Origin: Lachnospiraceae bacterium
GTDB lineage: Bacteria; Bacillota; Clostridia; Lachnospirales; Lachnospiraceae
Direction: 5' to 3'
Assembly (NCBI GenBank): GCA_029067085.1
Contig: JAIEFE010000015.1
Span: 55,633 to 119,632 of the forward strand
DNA: 64,000 nt
Positions 12,001-18,640 of the stretch are shown in pieces (the first letter of the stretch is position 1; each line of letters begins with the position of its first letter). The translations under genes were made by a program, and so were the position numbers. The notes below the pieces were generated by a model that was not told the DNA's origin, made no database searches, and saw only the letters and a list, made by a program, of their open reading frames with translations.

Positions 12001-13670
12001 TGCCCCACTATGGTGTTTCTTTTTTCTATCGCTGCCTCCTTCAGCGTCAGGGAAAACTTCCCGATCTCATCATGTGAACTGCCGCCGCGTGAGCCGCCGT
12101 CACATACAAGCTGCATCCAGTCTACCATAAACATTCCATTATAGGATAAAAACCGACCAACTCCACGCTCTGCCACCTTGTCCATTTCGTCCAGATCAGT
12201 GGACAAGCTGAATTTTACCGGAACGGCCCACTCTTCTATCCGGACGGTATTCTGCCCCTCCTGCAGGCAGGACAGGGGCACCCGGTAATAGGATATATCC
12301 CACTCATAGTCTTTTCCAGTCAGCCTGCCGATTCTCTCATCATTGATGAACAGCTTGACATAGGAAGCATATATAGCAGATGTGTTTGCGTCATACCGCA
12401 CATGGTTCTGTAATAAACAGGCGCGTACGGCGATATAACAGTCCTTTGTTGGCAGCGCACCCTCCGGGATAAAGATATTGGCTTCGATCGGCATGACCGC
12501 ATCGTCCATCGGGATAAACTCATCCATGTCCCCGTCCGGATTTCCCGTGCCGGCATTGTCCTCATTGTCTTCCGAGACAATATAGGTTCCCGGATATGTC
12601 TGCGCAGCCACCCTCGCAGCCGCCCTTCTCGCTCCGCCTGCCTGCGCCGCAAGGGAGGGATCATCCGCGAAGATGTCCTCCTCCGTCAAAAGCACGGGAT
12701 TGTCCTGCAGACCCGCCATGATACGGGCATACTCCTCCGGTGTCAATTCCCAGTCACCGTTAAATTCCACCGTCACCGTGATCTGTGGCAGGCTTACGCC
12801 GTCCGCCAGGGCATAGCCCTCCGGCAGAACGGGCGTGAAGGTATAGACGCCTTCCATATCGCCGTCATAGGCAGGGGAAGACTTCCATGTGATGTTTTCG
12901 ATGGTGACGCGCTTTTCCTGTGCGTCTGCCGTGCCTGTGGTATCTGCGTTGTCCGTCAGGGTATCCACGGTCAAGGCATCCTGTGGGTTCCCGGACATAT
13001 ATACCGGCATGACAAAGGAACCGGTCTGTATGCCAAAGCCGGAAGATTTCGTATTCGCTGCGGAATCCGTGTCTGTGCTCTGGGTGTTAGTGCCGTTATC
13101 GTCACCACTGTTTTCGTCTGCGCCGTTCCCATTGCTGTCGCCGGAGTTCCCTTCGCTGACATTCTCGCCTTCGCCCTCACCGGTCTCATTGCCGTCGCCC
13201 TCGTCGATGTTCTCTGTGTCGTCGCCGTTGCCGTCGTCCTCGCCGGTGTTCTCTGTGTCGCCGTCGTTTTCGTCGTCGCCGTCCTCGTCGGGATTCTCTT
13301 TATTTCCTTTATCCTGACCGGAATCGCTGTCGTCATCGTCCTTATCCTGATCCCCGTCATCCGGCTTCTTATCATCCTCCGCGTCGCCCTCTGCCTCCAC
13401 GCTCACATAAGCCTCCAGTGTGTCAGGCAGTTCCAGTTCGGATCTGTCCGTCCCCACCGGCACGGTCTGTTTGGCAGTCTCCTCCGGCAGATCCACAAAA
13501 CCGGTTATGGACATGGCTCCGCCATCGCCGCGCAATCCCGCCGCAAAGACCGATATCGTCTCCAATATGTTCGGATAGGTCGTCGTAAGCAGACAGAACG
13601 CAAGTATTGCCGCTGTGAGACGTAACCTTCTCTTTCTCCTTGATCTGATCCATGCTCTTTGTTCATCCAT
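1..13670 (-). CDS. Giant multi-domain secreted/surface protein (adhesin-like; Calx-beta, InlB B-repeat/Flg_new, Ig/FN3-like repeats), 3'-partial, >4,550 aa
   Basis: ATG at 13670 with GGAGG RBS. N-terminus MDEQRAWIRSRRKRRLRLTAAILAFCLL is a signal peptide. The same frame reads ...KVGDGAVIVTVVCNG at the window edge. No minus-strand ORF in this frame appears in the track, consistent with no internal stop. Motifs include TVTRTGGTEGAQTVYYRTVNGTA (Calx-beta), VTFDSQGGS...PTRTGYEFGGWY...TLYAKW (B-repeat) and many DxAGN. Confidence 0.9.
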   Translation of the reverse strand, partial: MDEQRAWIRSRRKRRLRLTAAILAFCLLTTTYPNILETISVFAAGLRGDGGAMSITGFVDLPEETAKQTVPVGTDRSELELPDTLEAYVSVEAEGDAEDDKKPDDGDQDKDDDDSDSGQDKGNKENPDEDGDDENDGDTENTGEDDGNGDDTENIDEGDGNETGEGEGENVSEGNSGDSNGNGADENSGDDNGTNTQSTDTDSAANTKSSGFGIQTGSFVMPVYMSGNPQDALTVDTLTDNADTTGTADAQEKRVTIENITWKSSPAYDGDMEGVYTFTPVLPEGYALADGVSLPQITVTVEFNGDWELTPEEYARIMAGLQDNPVLLTEEDIFADDPSLAAQAGGARRAAARVAAQTYPGTYIVSEDNEDNAGTGNPDGDMDEFIPMDDAVMPIEANIFIPEGALPTKDCYIAVRACLLQNHVRYDANTSAIYASYVKLFINDERIGRLTGKDYEWDISYYRVPLSCLQEGQNTVRIEEWAVPVKFSLSTDLDEMDKVAERGVGRFLSYNGMFMVDWMQLVCDGGSRGGSSHDEIGKFSLTLKEAAIEKRNTIVGHKGGGGSLRKDWPCLVVKGEAAFTGTDSNAVYDTEYFIRNSGGYVMGESCQKTGVKAGAWQFEALMSGEQQIREEFRTTNGTYTVYGLMMGSDGTILASDSLDFEYRDGEVILGPKITHTLSPDTWTNGNVLVTPKVANASGCTGITFSPASRTVTENGAYDFTVTYKQPSGAQGKKTYTAAVENIDREPPFIGFSAVTVTESMTQEQMKQLFEEALTVTDNVTKDCTVTYTLPKVADVRAAGGGKVTVTAQDEAGNKTAEDCMMLVTSPLAFSRPTATPGTDKTFTLTAKLTAIGGKTVTESGFVWGIMPNPSVTYNQGTAKTASPVKKAGVNFSVKTTEIVEGMTYYARAYAKVGTVCYYSDPASFSLGAKNSGVFTIKNNGNNTFTVTRTGGTEGAQTVYYRTVNGTAVGGTHFNHKASTLTFQEGETTKTITVTEKSVTNTYGGRTATAYSNADRTYQVELYRVTGGGTLGSTTKATRTMAKSGSYTISSSLYAPKSGNAKNDAIWDNRGSCHQYEITDGGSGETNGKNNGINLYNGRTNHKGHKSNPFNLPRYHQVMPGTDKEKAYFLDSKNPADGWGYRYEMKQSEIDNGWGHLWVGTAPAPTGKTEVSNKNGASPLEVGSQKWAGYFDTNYTGTLYMPGSAGVNGMQGCNERGSTYTYNGQKYMVFGTGETAYMHFAACGNKDDVWRIDSITEYRILIDTREPQLLGVAPMAGGAYKQGDEVTISLVFDEIVDSTNSNKAGGLSGLVAKTNWGDFTYVGGADTNVLVFKGTVPANAPGKITVNSITGANKIKDLCDNTSGTQSAGTGSTSVTVDTKQPTVAITNTSLTNGTASGRITATNADTLQYAWSQSQTMPAAGWFTCRSGDTVTTRQASGKWYLHALATYEGTGASAYECSSVFDFGTPESPKFPLPELTVATDNTSWTNQSRTINITRKPAGASVTVTKPDGTTQTLSNTATTYAAQTNGVYTFVLTSNGETVAKDIAVEKIDKVNPAATLTEAGGTDAVYHTLTMTAKAADADSGVKSVQYAFTTSALAPASGWTTAVESDKLADGRYRLEYTATETTQTTKYLHVKVTDNAGNTFTASSKAYKVVKEPAADQKPAITLTASPSGGNWIKGDVTLTWTVTNGGAGDCRVNVGSENLTGKKTGDTGAFTVQTNGMYIVSLSDKNGDFASAAVVVNNIDGEAPTLEKLTVAPAGYAGTKTVTLTGATDDLTTQYNEKGVTGKSGSGIKTREYQRDGDSGWTTFTGNSITVNKTGTYKVRLTDNVGNVSEVYSVEVTGIDVTAPTLTATVNATSKVSGWYNDSTVPVTLTYQDEAGAEGPASGIKSVEYAFTTKFEKPTSFTSLGSQTVASGSAVINLTDNGTYYLYCRVTDKAGNVKEGWRHGDGFNTAYIATPIKKDSNKGSGTISGPAASQPAADGLKMVFKIWFGPSGGEVTATGTESAGWTYSGYDGSGPRYGLVTLNNFKTTGTNRFYFKPNSWGTKYYWTYYVRKVTFDSQGGSTVADQLVWTQQASTSTSTSVDCKLTKPADPTRTGYEFGGWYTDAACTKAFDFANQTQIRTDTTLYAKWTAVNYQVTYHLGVPQKKEYNPIWGREDLYQETPYEADEDYKSYTYGQNMTLPMPTLPDGVSGFTFDGWYTNENYTGTRYTSIPETAAADMTYYARWLDIQAPEYLHSTTSNSSGQTINGVHWYKDILCYGVTWHDDGDYDKYEILREGQSLGEKPFAQTAGQKMDTNINLYAAYNGEIWIRDKMTGLIEGDHIYQYRAWDKAGNMSERSERIRLDRTLPTFGNITYSVAPVTKYTNGDYILDTTGGVAGYHEIKVFGEIPTISIAVQDKPGEGVNVSSGLWKLTYKKTTLNRDGEPDGGSQTVTVNLLGQGEDGTVKITLPENWRGTITDMTLFDQAGNTVSVGDIGEVLVDTTPPVVRDTSNGKIYLGDDKANNTSGDNNYREPLEEDKWYTTDYLSEKNITRIWASITDNFNISSYRWLINGKEIKKTSYSSGTAQYAVYIPDLATYTGVNTVTLEVTDKAGHVTTESATIKIKGPEGSKVAEQTPAAVCDYPADAIAHLAPDTQYALTVDGTTYNVTTDGQGMIPFELPISGGSTKDICGKTVSIVKKGDGTNTEDSAAQSLTINERPDQLEDGKATVIPELLQDADDAQINMTIDSGNSYTWEYSTDDGKNWKEVPENGTITNLPKGDILLRAKAKANTSDSANNGYPHGKQSTQNIKPGTGTITVQYDWNRGGGSTDFYTTKDGYGYKRTLDKPSEPSRSGYEFMGWYRLPSDYQPGGSTDKAWRFDGTDNAQIVGELLGTDRTEYEKHYDTANKVYKVTLYAGWRENVAPTLTPVLKDGSNNTLTDTSKWYPDLSINLTYSDNVGVTKLYGKKDSGSYTELTGNGIGNGAANQSYTYKYDDLEEGTHTYTFKVVDAAGNSTEKTVTAKWDKTAPVFGEAAFSEGYKHLWDWIIRKESLTITIPVTESGSGIGSNGVTYTLTPESGTATTGTAKISGDQTKGYTATITIQKTFKGSVEIKATDIAGNGPVIMQIGASGTGIEGVIVESSAPVVTVKADRGINDATATASSAANGKDVDTDNYYNSAPGLFVTVKDEDLDGGETAAGLASISWRIGDGAENPVGADYLGAGSNGPLTTHSFTIGGLEGSTGTVKVTITATDQAGNETEYAVTLHIKGKMPLPAPTVDYINEKLTGLTANAKYNIGGEDVSAEADGSIAIKEAWFGSDLSIYRKTDNAKTTLDSDDVQITLNVRPDAPGVTKTDETIKGKQDGKIHNLDTTMEYSKDGGRTWTTVQTGDLTGGVMENLPAGEILVRVKARANSTGANDGAPHGQHILAQIEEGTPLTITFDTNGGSELAPITGLSWNDTVTRPKDPVKEGYAVEGWYQEAELNNRWNFKNETGAHALNDANGVSTTGDAPGLTLYAKWTDDESPALTAQLTDSARAAVSEKEWYNSLAVVLTYSDNEEVTKLYVKKDSEAAYTQIEGELGTENGKDGAGNTRYQYIFTDLTEGEHTYTFKAVDAAGKETEAKLTAKLDQTGPSFGEATYQQGHKNLWNWIIRKDSLIITIPVTERLSGVDTVEYILTPDDSTADTIAGTAKVSGSQSAGYMATISVAPDFKGTVKITGSDKAGNMAGEKTIGTDGNGINGVIVEDNAPQITVLADRLPSEPETTRPEGTALLDTPYDNAPGLVVQLTDDGMGYGITGEGGTGDGSLIASGLASVKYKVGSGAEKTVDKDYNTAIVTQDTFTIPDTETTAIAGATRVSVTITAIDQAGNTATKTVTIRLKSREATPRAGIGYVAEKLTGLEPNTVYIINDMNLETDQTGSVAISESWFDTVVTVVMPGNRSTTVNSTAQERDIPARPAAPELSAANASYPGAKDGTITLTAPAPEATYEISADGGKTWKNAVFTGTQITGLAAGDYQIRVKAVEGQNFKSEPTAVTVEETPATPYEIPDAKIEYRLEVLKGFEPGAVYELTTYGGPIVEEDEEGDGETGGGEDEEAPDPTVLTLTAGADGTIPIKEEWLGKGFYIVRCGNNKDRTMSPAQELNIPLRPDAPTPTGVDVDRNNPTELAKLKDLKPNTAYDVSTDGETWETMTTDANGVIKGLDAPETYKVRVSATDSSFASKPSGDVSVDNFQLTVTFMANGAKYQEVKVYYGKKLSPVPTVPPKKDAGNQVLAGEWCKDEDGNVPIDFRIEKITEDMTVYACYSEGRLVTLKTGAGYKLTAEEGSVSPVKLGGSFTFKFELLDGYEKTDKFAVKVNGVVVELTEDDTYTITNIMEDQTVTVEGVKKKAGSGKPGGGTKPGGDKDPDDGSNPGGDTDPGDDTNPDDGTTPGDGTKPGDDTKPGDDKKPGDDTKPGDGTKPGDDTKPGDGTKPDDDTKPGDGTNPEDGTPPISDDVPIIPGTIIDGKIVIDGGNITGGGSTGDGGITTGNLPGMAGAGSDSANGTTGESTVSTLLKVGDGAVIVTVVCNG
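245..532 (-). repeat. ~15 degenerate 18-bp coding tandem repeats (KPGDDT/KPGDGT linker)
   Basis: Repeated units such as tggtatcgtcgccgggct and ttgtgccatcgccgggct. Confidence 0.85.
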
Positions 13671-13751
13671 TATCTGTTTTCCTCCCTGTTGCTCCCTGCT
13701 GCAAATATGGTAAAGTTGCTTATATTTTTTTATAAAATGCGTAAAACTCTG

Positions 13752-13823
13752 AATTTACCATAACAAAAAAACCACTTGTAAAAGTGGTTTTGGCAGATTT
13801 GGTCGGTATTTAGGCAGATTTGG
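13752..13823 (-). promoter_or_regulatory. Promoter of the giant gene with LytTR-type direct repeats (copy 1)
   Basis: GGCAGATTTGG at 13792 and 13813 (21-bp period), inverted repeat AAACCACT-tgtaaa-AGTGGTTT, extended -10 TGtTATGGT on the minus strand. Confidence 0.7.
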
Positions 13824-13831
13824 TTGAAAAA

Positions 13832-13869
13832 CCGCCCGACAACACGTTAGTTACCTGTTATCGGACGGC
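13832..13869 (-). terminator. Imperfect hairpin downstream of the Rpn-like remnant
   Basis: ccgcccgacaaca...tgttatcggacgg followed by a T-run on the minus strand. Confidence 0.45.
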
Positions 13870-13891
13870 ATGTTAAGGCTCCGCAAGAGAT

Positions 13892-14565
13892 TCATTGTAT
13901 TGCAATACTTTGAGCAAGCAATTCTTCATTCTTTCTGCGTAATTCTTCAATCGTATCCTTCTGCGCATCTATTGTGTCCTGTTGCTTCTCAAGCTCATCC
14001 TTCTGCGCATCTATTGTGTCCTGTTGCTTCTCAAGCTCATCCTTCTGCGCATCTATCGTATCCTGTTGCTTCTCAAGCTCATCCTTCTGCGCATCTATCG
14101 TATCCTGCATTTCGTCGATCATATACTGCACCGTATTCTTGTCAAGCTCATACAGTTCTTTCGAGAACATCTCCATCACCCTCTCCACATTCAGGCAGAT
14201 CTCATAGCCTTCTTTATATATCTCACGAAACTCTGGATATGCTTCTATCAGTTTTATGATAGTCTCCGGTTCGTCACTTGAAAATAGGACCAGCCATGCA
14301 TCTCTCCTGTCACTTATGTTCCTATTGTGCTTGCTTTTCGTAAAGATGTCAAGCGGAATGAACAGGTATTTCTGCAGAAATTCTATTTTCAGTCCTGTAT
14401 CAGATTTTTGTTCGAAAAAGTGATAATTCAGGCGCTCCTCTGCCCCGGGAAAAGATATCCGATCTTCTGCATCTCTACATTGGCGATGCTCCCACCCTCC
14501 AGTTCCACAACGATATCCATGATCAGCAGCGAACTTTCGTCCGCAATTCTGGTGAAATCTCCGGC
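13892..14565 (-). pseudogene. Rpn-like / PD-(D/E)XK nuclease family transposase remnant
   Basis: Fragment RIADESSLLIMDIVVELEGGSIANVEMQKIGYLFPGQRSA carries the D...ExQ motif and then stops. A different frame continues HFFEQKSDTGLKIEFLQKYLFIPLDIF...ERVMEMFSKELYELDKNTVQYMIDE. The N-terminus is missing. Confidence 0.75.
13955..14107 (-). repeat. 42-bp coding tandem repeat, ~3.5 copies (QDTIDAQKDELEKQ coiled coil)
   Basis: tccttctgcgcatctattgtgtcctgttgcttctcaagctca repeated head to tail. Confidence 0.9.
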
Positions 14566-14715
14566 AGAAACCGCCAATTGTGCGAAACGCACAAGTGATA
14601 TAACAAAAAGAATACTCTGATATGATAATAAGTTATCGCTTTTGAAGTGGATTGTCAAGTTTTTTATAATAAAGAAAGGCAGAGAATTTATTGAATCTCT
14701 GCACAGACTGTAGAC

Positions 14716-14753
14716 AGAGCGCTTCCGGCAAGTTTTAAACCAGAAGCGCTTTT
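14716..14753 (-). terminator. Hairpin downstream of the MCP gene
   Basis: agagcgcttccgg...ccagaagcgcttt. Confidence 0.55.
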
Positions 14754-14772
14754 CTCATTTTGGCTTAACAAG

Positions 14773-16479
14773 CTATGAAGCGTTGGTTTTAAACGCAGAA
14801 ACCATACTGTTTAAGGTTTCTGACTGGCTTGTCAGTTCCTCGCTGGTAGCGGAAGTCTGCTGCGCCATAGCGGAATTAGACTGTATAACAGAGGAAAACT
14901 GCTCAATTCCGGACAATATTTCCTTCATCATTTCTGCCTGCTGTTTGGAACCTTCACTTGAATTCTTAGCATTTTCCTTTATTCCGTCCATGGAGCTCAG
15001 CACCTTCTTCAGAACCTCAGCAGTATTCATTGTAATCCTGCTTCCGTTTGCAACCTCCCCAAGAGCCTTGCCAATAAGTTCTCTTGTATGAACGGCAGAT
15101 TGCGCGCTGCTGGCAGCAAGGTTTCCAATCTGGTCTGCCACAACAGCAAATCCCTTTCCTGCTTCCCCGGCTCTTGCAGCCTCTATGGAAGCATTCAGTG
15201 AAAGCAGATTCGTCTGTGAAGCGATATCTTCAATGTCAGCAATGATATTTTCGATTTCCTTTGAGGTGTCATTGATTTTATCCATGGCATCAATCAGTCT
15301 GTAAACTTCTTCCTGTCCCTGCATAGCTTCATCCGCAATCGTTTCTATACTCTCTGCCGCCTTCAGTGTTTCCTCCGCATTATCCTTTGTCATATTCGTC
15401 ACATTCTCAACCTGTGTGGTAAGTTCCTCAATGGCCCCCGCCTGCTCCGTGGCACCTTCCGCGAGCTGCTGAGCGCTTTGGGCAAGCTGTGCAGCTCCGG
15501 TATTTACCTGATCTGCTACTTCTCCGATACCCAGTATTGTTTCACTTAACCGATTTTCTAAATTCTGCATGGCATTTTTTAATGTCTCATAAATGCCGAC
15601 GTATTTTTCTTCCATTTCTGTTTGTACGGTAAAGTCTCCCTCTGCCAGACCGCTGAGCATCCTGCCCGTATCAGAAACAACCGCATGTGTTATATCCACC
15701 ATATTTCGCATGGCATTTGCCAGACCGCCAAGCTCATCTTCTGATGTGTAGTTAATGCTGACATCAAAATTACCTGACGCCATCTGTACAGATGCCGCCT
15801 GCAGCTCAGAAGTTGAGCTGTTAAGCGCCTTAGACAGGATCGCGGAAACATTTCTTCCGATCAAAATACTGAGAGCACCTGCTATGACCAATATGATGAT
15901 GCAGATATACTTGGTAATTTGGGAAGCTTTGTACATAGCTGCTGCATTCTCGGCCTCTACTTCCTCAATTGTTACGACATTAGCGCTTATATCAGCAAAA
16001 TACGAAAGCATTTGCTGACTGTATACAATAAACGCATTTTCAATATCATTCTGGCGGCTGAATTCCCGAAATTGTACAATCAATGCGTCAATTACCTCTG
16101 TATCGCTATCCATTGCATCAAATACAGATGTATCCGCAAAACTGGTACTTCTCAAATCAATAAACTCCTGTTTCATTTTATCAAAACAGGTATCTGCAAG
16201 CGTAAGCCTGCTTTCAATAGTCTCCGGATCCGATATGAGACATGCATGAAGAAGGTTCTTTGCACCTTCTTGAAGATTCCCATAACTGGAATGTGCCAAC
16301 GCCACATTATTATAGGATGACTGATAAAAAGTCTTAAGCTTCGAAGACACATAAGTTAAGCCGACAATCGCAACGATCAGACACACGATCAAAAGTCGTA
16401 TCACCATGCCAAATGACACTGACATTTTTTCCTGCATCTTTTTATTATGCAGTTTGCTCTCAAAATTTTTAGAAATCAT
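14773..16479 (-). CDS. Methyl-accepting chemotaxis protein (TM, four-helix sensor, TM, HAMP, signalling domain)
   Basis: [30 protein letters not shown] hairpin-tip motif, two TM helices, AAGGA RBS before ATG 16479. Confidence 0.95.
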   Translation of the reverse strand: MISKNFESKLHNKKMQEKMSVSFGMVIRLLIVCLIVAIVGLTYVSSKLKTFYQSSYNNVALAHSSYGNLQEGAKNLLHACLISDPETIESRLTLADTCFDKMKQEFIDLRSTSFADTSVFDAMDSDTEVIDALIVQFREFSRQNDIENAFIVYSQQMLSYFADISANVVTIEEVEAENAAAMYKASQITKYICIIILVIAGALSILIGRNVSAILSKALNSSTSELQAASVQMASGNFDVSINYTSEDELGGLANAMRNMVDITHAVVSDTGRMLSGLAEGDFTVQTEMEEKYVGIYETLKNAMQNLENRLSETILGIGEVADQVNTGAAQLAQSAQQLAEGATEQAGAIEELTTQVENVTNMTKDNAEETLKAAESIETIADEAMQGQEEVYRLIDAMDKINDTSKEIENIIADIEDIASQTNLLSLNASIEAARAGEAGKGFAVVADQIGNLAASSAQSAVHTRELIGKALGEVANGSRITMNTAEVLKKVLSSMDGIKENAKNSSEGSKQQAEMMKEILSGIEQFSSVIQSNSAMAQQTSATSEELTSQSETLNSMVSAFKTNAS

Positions 16480-16548
16480 AGTTTTTATCCTTCTTTCTGT
16501 CATATAATGAATGCCTGTTAATTTAGTAAGCTAGTAAAACTAAATTCT

Positions 16549-16619
16549 AATTTACTATAACAAAAAGCCACTTGTAAAAGTGACTTTGGCAGATTTGGTC
16601 GGTTTTTAGGCAGATTTGG
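16549..16619 (-). promoter_or_regulatory. Promoter of the MCP gene with LytTR-type direct repeats (copy 2)
   Basis: GGCAGATTTGG at 16588 and 16609, extended -10 TGtTATAGT, near-identical to 13752-13823. Confidence 0.7.
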
Positions 16620-16651
16620 ATAAATAAGATTTCACGGACCTATTGACAGCC

Positions 16652-17920
16652 TTAGACATTCAAGACCGCACAGGCGGAACAGACACCCTTCTCTATCTTA
16701 TAATCCAGATTGCCGTCATATTTCCGGCAGACGGAAAGGATACTGGAAATACCGATGCTTTTTCCCGCCGGGAGACTGCCGGAAAGTGTCAGTTTATCAG
16801 AACAGGTGTTATCACAAACAATGGTCAGCCTGTTGTTTTGCATCCTGATATGAATTTCAATACATGACTTTTCTTTTCCTGATTCCTGGCATCCGTGCAG
16901 GGCATTTTCAAGCAGATTCCCCAAAAGGGCGATCAAGTCGATTTCTCTTATCTTTAGTTCTCTCGGGACATTACAGCGTACCGAAAAGGAGACGCCGCCT
17001 TCCCCTGCCTTGTCCGCATAAGCAGAAAGAATGCTGTTTATCGTCCGGTTTTCAGAGTACCTCTTTACTGCGGCTTCCGAGATTTCAATGCCGTATTCTC
17101 CGATATAGGTAAGAATGGCAGAAGTGTCGCCTGTTTTTGCATATTCCACGATCGCATCCATGTGGTGCCGCATATCATGCCGGAGCCTGCGGTTTGCCTC
17201 CTCTGCCCTTTGCAGGACAGACAGCCGGTTGGAAAGATATTCTGCGTTCTGGCGGACTAACGCCGACTCCGTATCCTTTTTCATATAACTGATATTGCTG
17301 AAGACAACGCCATATACCGCGCACATAAGAAAGCTGATTGCGGTAAAAGCCAAAAGCAGATACGCAGCCGGTATAACATTTCTTGCATTCAATACACTTA
17401 CCGCAGCCTGCAGCAGATAAAACAGCATAGCGATCAGCGCCAGATTCCACCATCTTTTACCGCTGTCTGTCAGAGAGCGTAAAATTGCTGCCGCATACTT
17501 TTTATACAGAGCCGCCGCCAGCAGCAAGATCATACTGCGCAGCACGATTGCCGCATAATACCCTGCCGCTTCGGAAAACTGCGGCAGGAATAATCTGACC
17601 ATCAGTTTCAACATATTATCTAAAATAGTAAACAAGCAGAAGTAAGTGATAAACAGAAAACACTTTTTGGAAAAACCGTCTTTTGAGACAATGCATGAAT
17701 AAAGAAACAATTCCACTGCGATTCCCATATATGAGAAAAAAACACCCCATCCCCCTGCTGCATATCCATAACCCATCAGGCTGACAAAAATAACTGCATA
17801 GATACAGCTATAGAGCACAAATTTCTTCTTCGAATATCTGTGTTCTGCCATATAATAGATCACGATCACATGACACAGCGCTGTAAGAAACAGTCCCGGA
17901 AGCTGGTATAATCCGCTCAC
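16652..17920 (-). CDS. Multi-TM GHKL sensor histidine kinase (AgrC/VirS-like)
   Basis: RHDMRHH H-box, LGNLLENA N-box, GIGISSI, hydrophobic N-terminal half. Confidence 0.9.
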   Translation of the reverse strand: MSGLYQLPGLFLTALCHVIVIYYMAEHRYSKKKFVLYSCIYAVIFVSLMGYGYAAGGWGVFFSYMGIAVELFLYSCIVSKDGFSKKCFLFITYFCLFTILDNMLKLMVRLFLPQFSEAAGYYAAIVLRSMILLLAAALYKKYAAAILRSLTDSGKRWWNLALIAMLFYLLQAAVSVLNARNVIPAAYLLLAFTAISFLMCAVYGVVFSNISYMKKDTESALVRQNAEYLSNRLSVLQRAEEANRRLRHDMRHHMDAIVEYAKTGDTSAILTYIGEYGIEISEAAVKRYSENRTINSILSAYADKAGEGGVSFSVRCNVPRELKIREIDLIALLGNLLENALHGCQESGKEKSCIEIHIRMQNNRLTIVCDNTCSDKLTLSGSLPAGKSIGISSILSVCRKYDGNLDYKIEKGVCSACAVLNV

Positions 17921-18639
17921 TTCAGCGCCTCCCTCCGGCAGAAATCCATATATGTCTTCTGTACTTCTTCACTGCCCCTTCTGGGAATAGATATTTTGAC
18001 ACCATTAAACATTTCCAGAGTATTTCCGGAAATCCTCCGCACAAAAGCGAGATTCACGATATAAGAGGCTCCCACTTTGATAAATTCGGAATACATCTGC
18101 AGTTCCTCAAACATCTGCAATAATTTCATGCGCAGCTTAAGAATCTTGCCGGAAGAAAGATTGAGCAGCAGGTAGTGGTTCTGTGACTCTACGGATACGA
18201 TCTTACCTACGCCGACCCGGTACATACCATCCACACAGGCAAGGGTAAGGAAATTCTGTTCCTCTGTTTTTTTCACCGCACGATCAAGGGCTGTGTTGAA
18301 TTGCTCCTGAGAAAAGGGCTTGAGCAGATAATGGGTGGCATTTATTGCAAATGCGGTTACCGCATATTCGATGCTGGTTGACAGGAAAACTATACTCATA
18401 TCCGGGCTTTTGGCAAGCATTTCCTCCGCGGCATCCGTTCCGAGAACACCCGGCATACAAATGTCCAAAAGGGCTATATCATATATTTTCCCCTTTTCCA
18501 CTGCATGTAAGACATCGATCGCCGCACCGTATTCGTCAATCGTAAAGTGTAATTCAGGATGTGCCTCCGCATAGGTGTCTAAAGCTAACCTGATCGTTTC
18601 CAGATCCTTTTGTACATCGTCGCATATCGCTATCTGCAT
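17917..18639 (-). CDS. LytTR family response regulator
   Basis: IAICDD, LLDICMPG, YLLKP, and C-terminal ESQNHY...FIKVGASYIVNL. Confidence 0.93.
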   Translation of the reverse strand: MQIAICDDVQKDLETIRLALDTYAEAHPELHFTIDEYGAAIDVLHAVEKGKIYDIALLDICMPGVLGTDAAEEMLAKSPDMSIVFLSTSIEYAVTAFAINATHYLLKPFSQEQFNTALDRAVKKTEEQNFLTLACVDGMYRVGVGKIVSVESQNHYLLLNLSSGKILKLRMKLLQMFEELQMYSEFIKVGASYIVNLAFVRRISGNTLEMFNGVKISIPRRGSEEVQKTYMDFCRREALK

Positions 18640-18640
18640 G

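Noticed and set aside
13423-13653. 76-aa minus-strand ORF as a separate gene
   Set aside because: It is an alternative frame inside the adhesin 5' end; the RBS-supported start is 13670.
13955-14107. Possible CRISPR array
   Set aside because: The 42-bp repeats are head to tail with no spacers, in-frame coding, and no cas genes are present.
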